Positions 61,300-64,000 of a DNA stretch of 64,000 nucleotides are shown piece by piece. Each line of letters opens with the position of its first letter. Position 1 is the first letter of the stretch. The DNA is from Selaginella moellendorffii. Lineage: Eukaryota > Plantae > Lycopodiophyta. Both the position numbers and the translations under genes were made by a program. Location of the stretch: the NCBI RefSeq assembly GCF_000143415.4, contig NW_003314418.1, positions 155,375-219,374 on the forward strand, written 5' to 3'. The notes under the pieces are model-generated. The model searched no databases, was not told the DNA's origin, and saw only the letters and a program-made list of their open reading frames with translations.

Positions 61300-64000
61300 T
61301 AGCAAAAATTAGAAGTAGGCAAGCAATAAAAGACTCAAGCTTAAATTGAAATCCTTAAAACTATATTCAAGGCTTTCAACAAAACGACCCAAGCCACACA
61401 AGTTGGCAAACCAAGCAACATCAACACAACTAATGCCAAGGAAGACACAATCAACCAAAATTTAGACTTAGATCAAGATTTACCACCACTCAAAACTCAT
61501 GATTACGAAGATTACAACACCAACAACTTTCAGTCTTATCCAGCTTCTCCAGAAACTAAACCATCACCAACAGTAGAAAGATGGCACTCATCAACCCAGC
61601 AACACCCTATGGCATCATTATTATATATCCAATCTTCACTGGTAGCAAAACTAAAGATGCAAAAAGACATTTTCAGCAATTCAACCAAATTATGTAAGTA
61701 AATTAGCAAGAAGACAATAAAGAATTTCTATTCCCTTTCACACTTAAAAGAAAAGCATTAGAATGGTATTATAATCTTGATGAAAAAACTTAAGTTTCAA
61801 AAAAAAGTTAAGCAATTCAAAGAGAAGTACCAACCTAGTGGCACAACAACTAAATACCTACAACATCTCAATAGCATCAAACAAGGCAATAAAGAAGATA
61901 TCAAAGACTATACCCGAAGATTCAAATATCATGCAAAGTGCTACAAAAATCTACTCACTAAACAAGGTAAGTATATTTGGTATGTCTAGGGATTAAAGTA
62001 GATATACTAGCAAATGGTTGCTCTCACAAGTACGGAAGAAGATCTAAATGTCGAGACCTCTATTGACAATATTTCCAAGAAAATCAACAACCTCAAGAAA
62101 TAGCTTTGAAAATTTTTAAGAGTAGAAACAACAAAAACAAACGACTCTACAAACTCAAAGTCATGAAGAAAGACAAGAATCAAGAACTTACCAAAATACT
62201 CAAGAAAGTTACAATCAAAAATAAACTTAAAGAAGGAATATGGTGTACGAAATGTAAGAACAAAAGACACATTCTAACAAAGTGTAAACTACTGAATCCT
62301 AGGTGTTAGATTTGTGAAAAAGAAGGATATATAGCAAAGATTTGTCAATACAAAAGAGCAACTGAAGTCATATGAATTAAGAATATAACTTGAACTCCTA
62401 CACCAAGTAAAAGACATTACAATCAACCCAGACAACAACTATAGCAATGGTAGCTGAACTACCAAAATGAAGGTATATATAATCCTAACCCTAGATACCA
62501 TTGACAATACAACAATGGCAACCAAGACAATCAGTATCAACAACCATACCAACAGGCTTATCAACAACCTTATCGAGACAACCAACAATGGAGACCACCA
62601 CCTTGGCAAAAAAATTATCAACAACAGTACCACAACAATCAACAATGGAGACCACCTCTGCAATAACTAAACTATCAATAGTAAAATCAACAATATGATC
62701 CACCACTTAGAGTATTTCCTCGCAACAACTATCAATAGCAACCTCAAACTCAAGAAATCTAACCCCAATACCAACAAAAACAAAATCAAGGTAATCGACC
62801 TTGTCAGCAAGATCAGCAACTCTTACCTCAGGTTCATCTTCAAAGTGTTCATCTTCAATTTAGTCGATGTTGACATTTCTTGTTGTTGGAGGAGGTTTTC
62901 GATGCTCTAACTCAAAGTCAGAAAAAACACTACACTCCTGAAGATGACCTTGAGGAAAAGTCAAAGAACAAAAACTCCAAGACAAAGTGCAAGAAATCTC
63001 AAGGCACGAATGGCAACAAAGCAAGGAACTAATCAACACAATTCAGCAAACCCTTCAACAACAATCTAAAGTTGAAGATGATTAAGAAATTGTGACTAAA
63101 ACTTTGTCAAAATAAGAGGAACAACCAAAGCCCATCACCAACATTCTTTAATAAGGTATCACACTTACCCTTCTAGAACTTTCACAAGTAACTTCGTACT
63201 TGAGAAAACAACTTCTCAAGATATTGCAAGCTTCTTCACCAAAAAACATTAGCTCAAGTCAAGAAAAAAACCAACAACTCATCCTATAAGGCAAACATCC
63301 AATCTAGCGACTATGGTGAAGATGTACTATGCATCCCAATCATGATAGGAAAGAACAAAGTTATATATGTAATTATCAACGGCAGAACAAATGTCAACAT
63401 TATTGAGTATTCAATTTGCAAAGCAATGGGACTTGGACCAATCCACTCTACACCCTTCAATGTCAAGATGGCCGACAACCAGAGTGTACATCCATCAGGA
63501 ATCGTGCACAACATTCCTATCAAGATTAAAAATCAAGAATTTAAAGTAACTTTCATCGTACTCAAGATGGCGAAAGACCAAAGCTGCTACAAAGTACTCC
63601 TCAAACAAACTTGGCTCAAAACAATAAATACCATCACCTTTGGAGGACATAAAGATGCTCCACAACTATCTACCAATATTATAAAGAAGATTGCAAAGAA
63701 ATTTTAACTAACCACAATCAAACAATATGACTAGAATGAAGAACTCGACAGCTATGAAGAAGCTCAAATTCTTAAGGCATACCCGAATTAAAAACACTAA
63801 TCTAAGTCAATCTCAACCAAATCATCCTGAAGAAAACAAACAATCAAGATCCTCAACTTCAAAATGAAGATTTCCAACACCAAGATTTGAAAGAAAAGAC
63901 AACATTAGCACACATGAAAAAACAACAAGAACATTCAAGCATTAAACTTGAATAGTTTAAACTGACGCATCAACAAATTCCACTCCAAGAACAACCAGGT
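61300..64000 (+). mobile_element. Degenerate Ty3/gypsy gag-protease relic (element F), running off the window end
   Basis: Motifs FTLKRKALEWYYNL, SIKQGNKEDIKDYTRRF and two zinc knuckles (WCTKCKNKRHILTKC; C*ICEKEGYIAKIC). Q/N-rich QQWRPP repeats at ~62500-62700. Protease-like VIINGRTNVNII..VKMADNQSVHPSGIV..VLLKQTWL. Confidence 0.8.

Overview
Eukaryotic plant nuclear DNA. It is probably a lycophyte such as Selaginella, inferred from ~55-70 bp introns, tandem ~31-aa PLS-type PPR repeats and chromodomain-bearing gypsy elements. The window is transposon-dense and I found no clearly intact host gene. Host-gene fragments are truncated, mostly still carry introns, and are fused to each other: SEC16 + PPR + GH29 alpha-L-fucosidase (2.1-5.9 kb) and RRP5 + PPR (13.9-16.6 kb), plus a separate PPR pseudogene (7.7-8.5 kb). 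Mobile elements: three copies of a short-LTR Ty3/gypsy family (A1, A2, A1'); a PIF/Harbinger transposase split by A2; an LTR-less gypsy relic; a chromovirus (B) with mismatched LTRs and flanks; a young non-coding LTR element (C) nested in B whose 1.9-kb LTRs carry a hexamer-to-11/12-mer tandem array; a non-coding LTR element (D) sharing B's LTR and 3' UTR; a CACTA TnpA-like remnant; and a terminal gag-protease relic. A compound segmental duplication joins a direct copy of 8278-13267 (46888-50663) to an inverted copy of 1-3484 (50663-53914, resuming at 60973 after D). All family calls come from motif recognition by eye, with no database searches.
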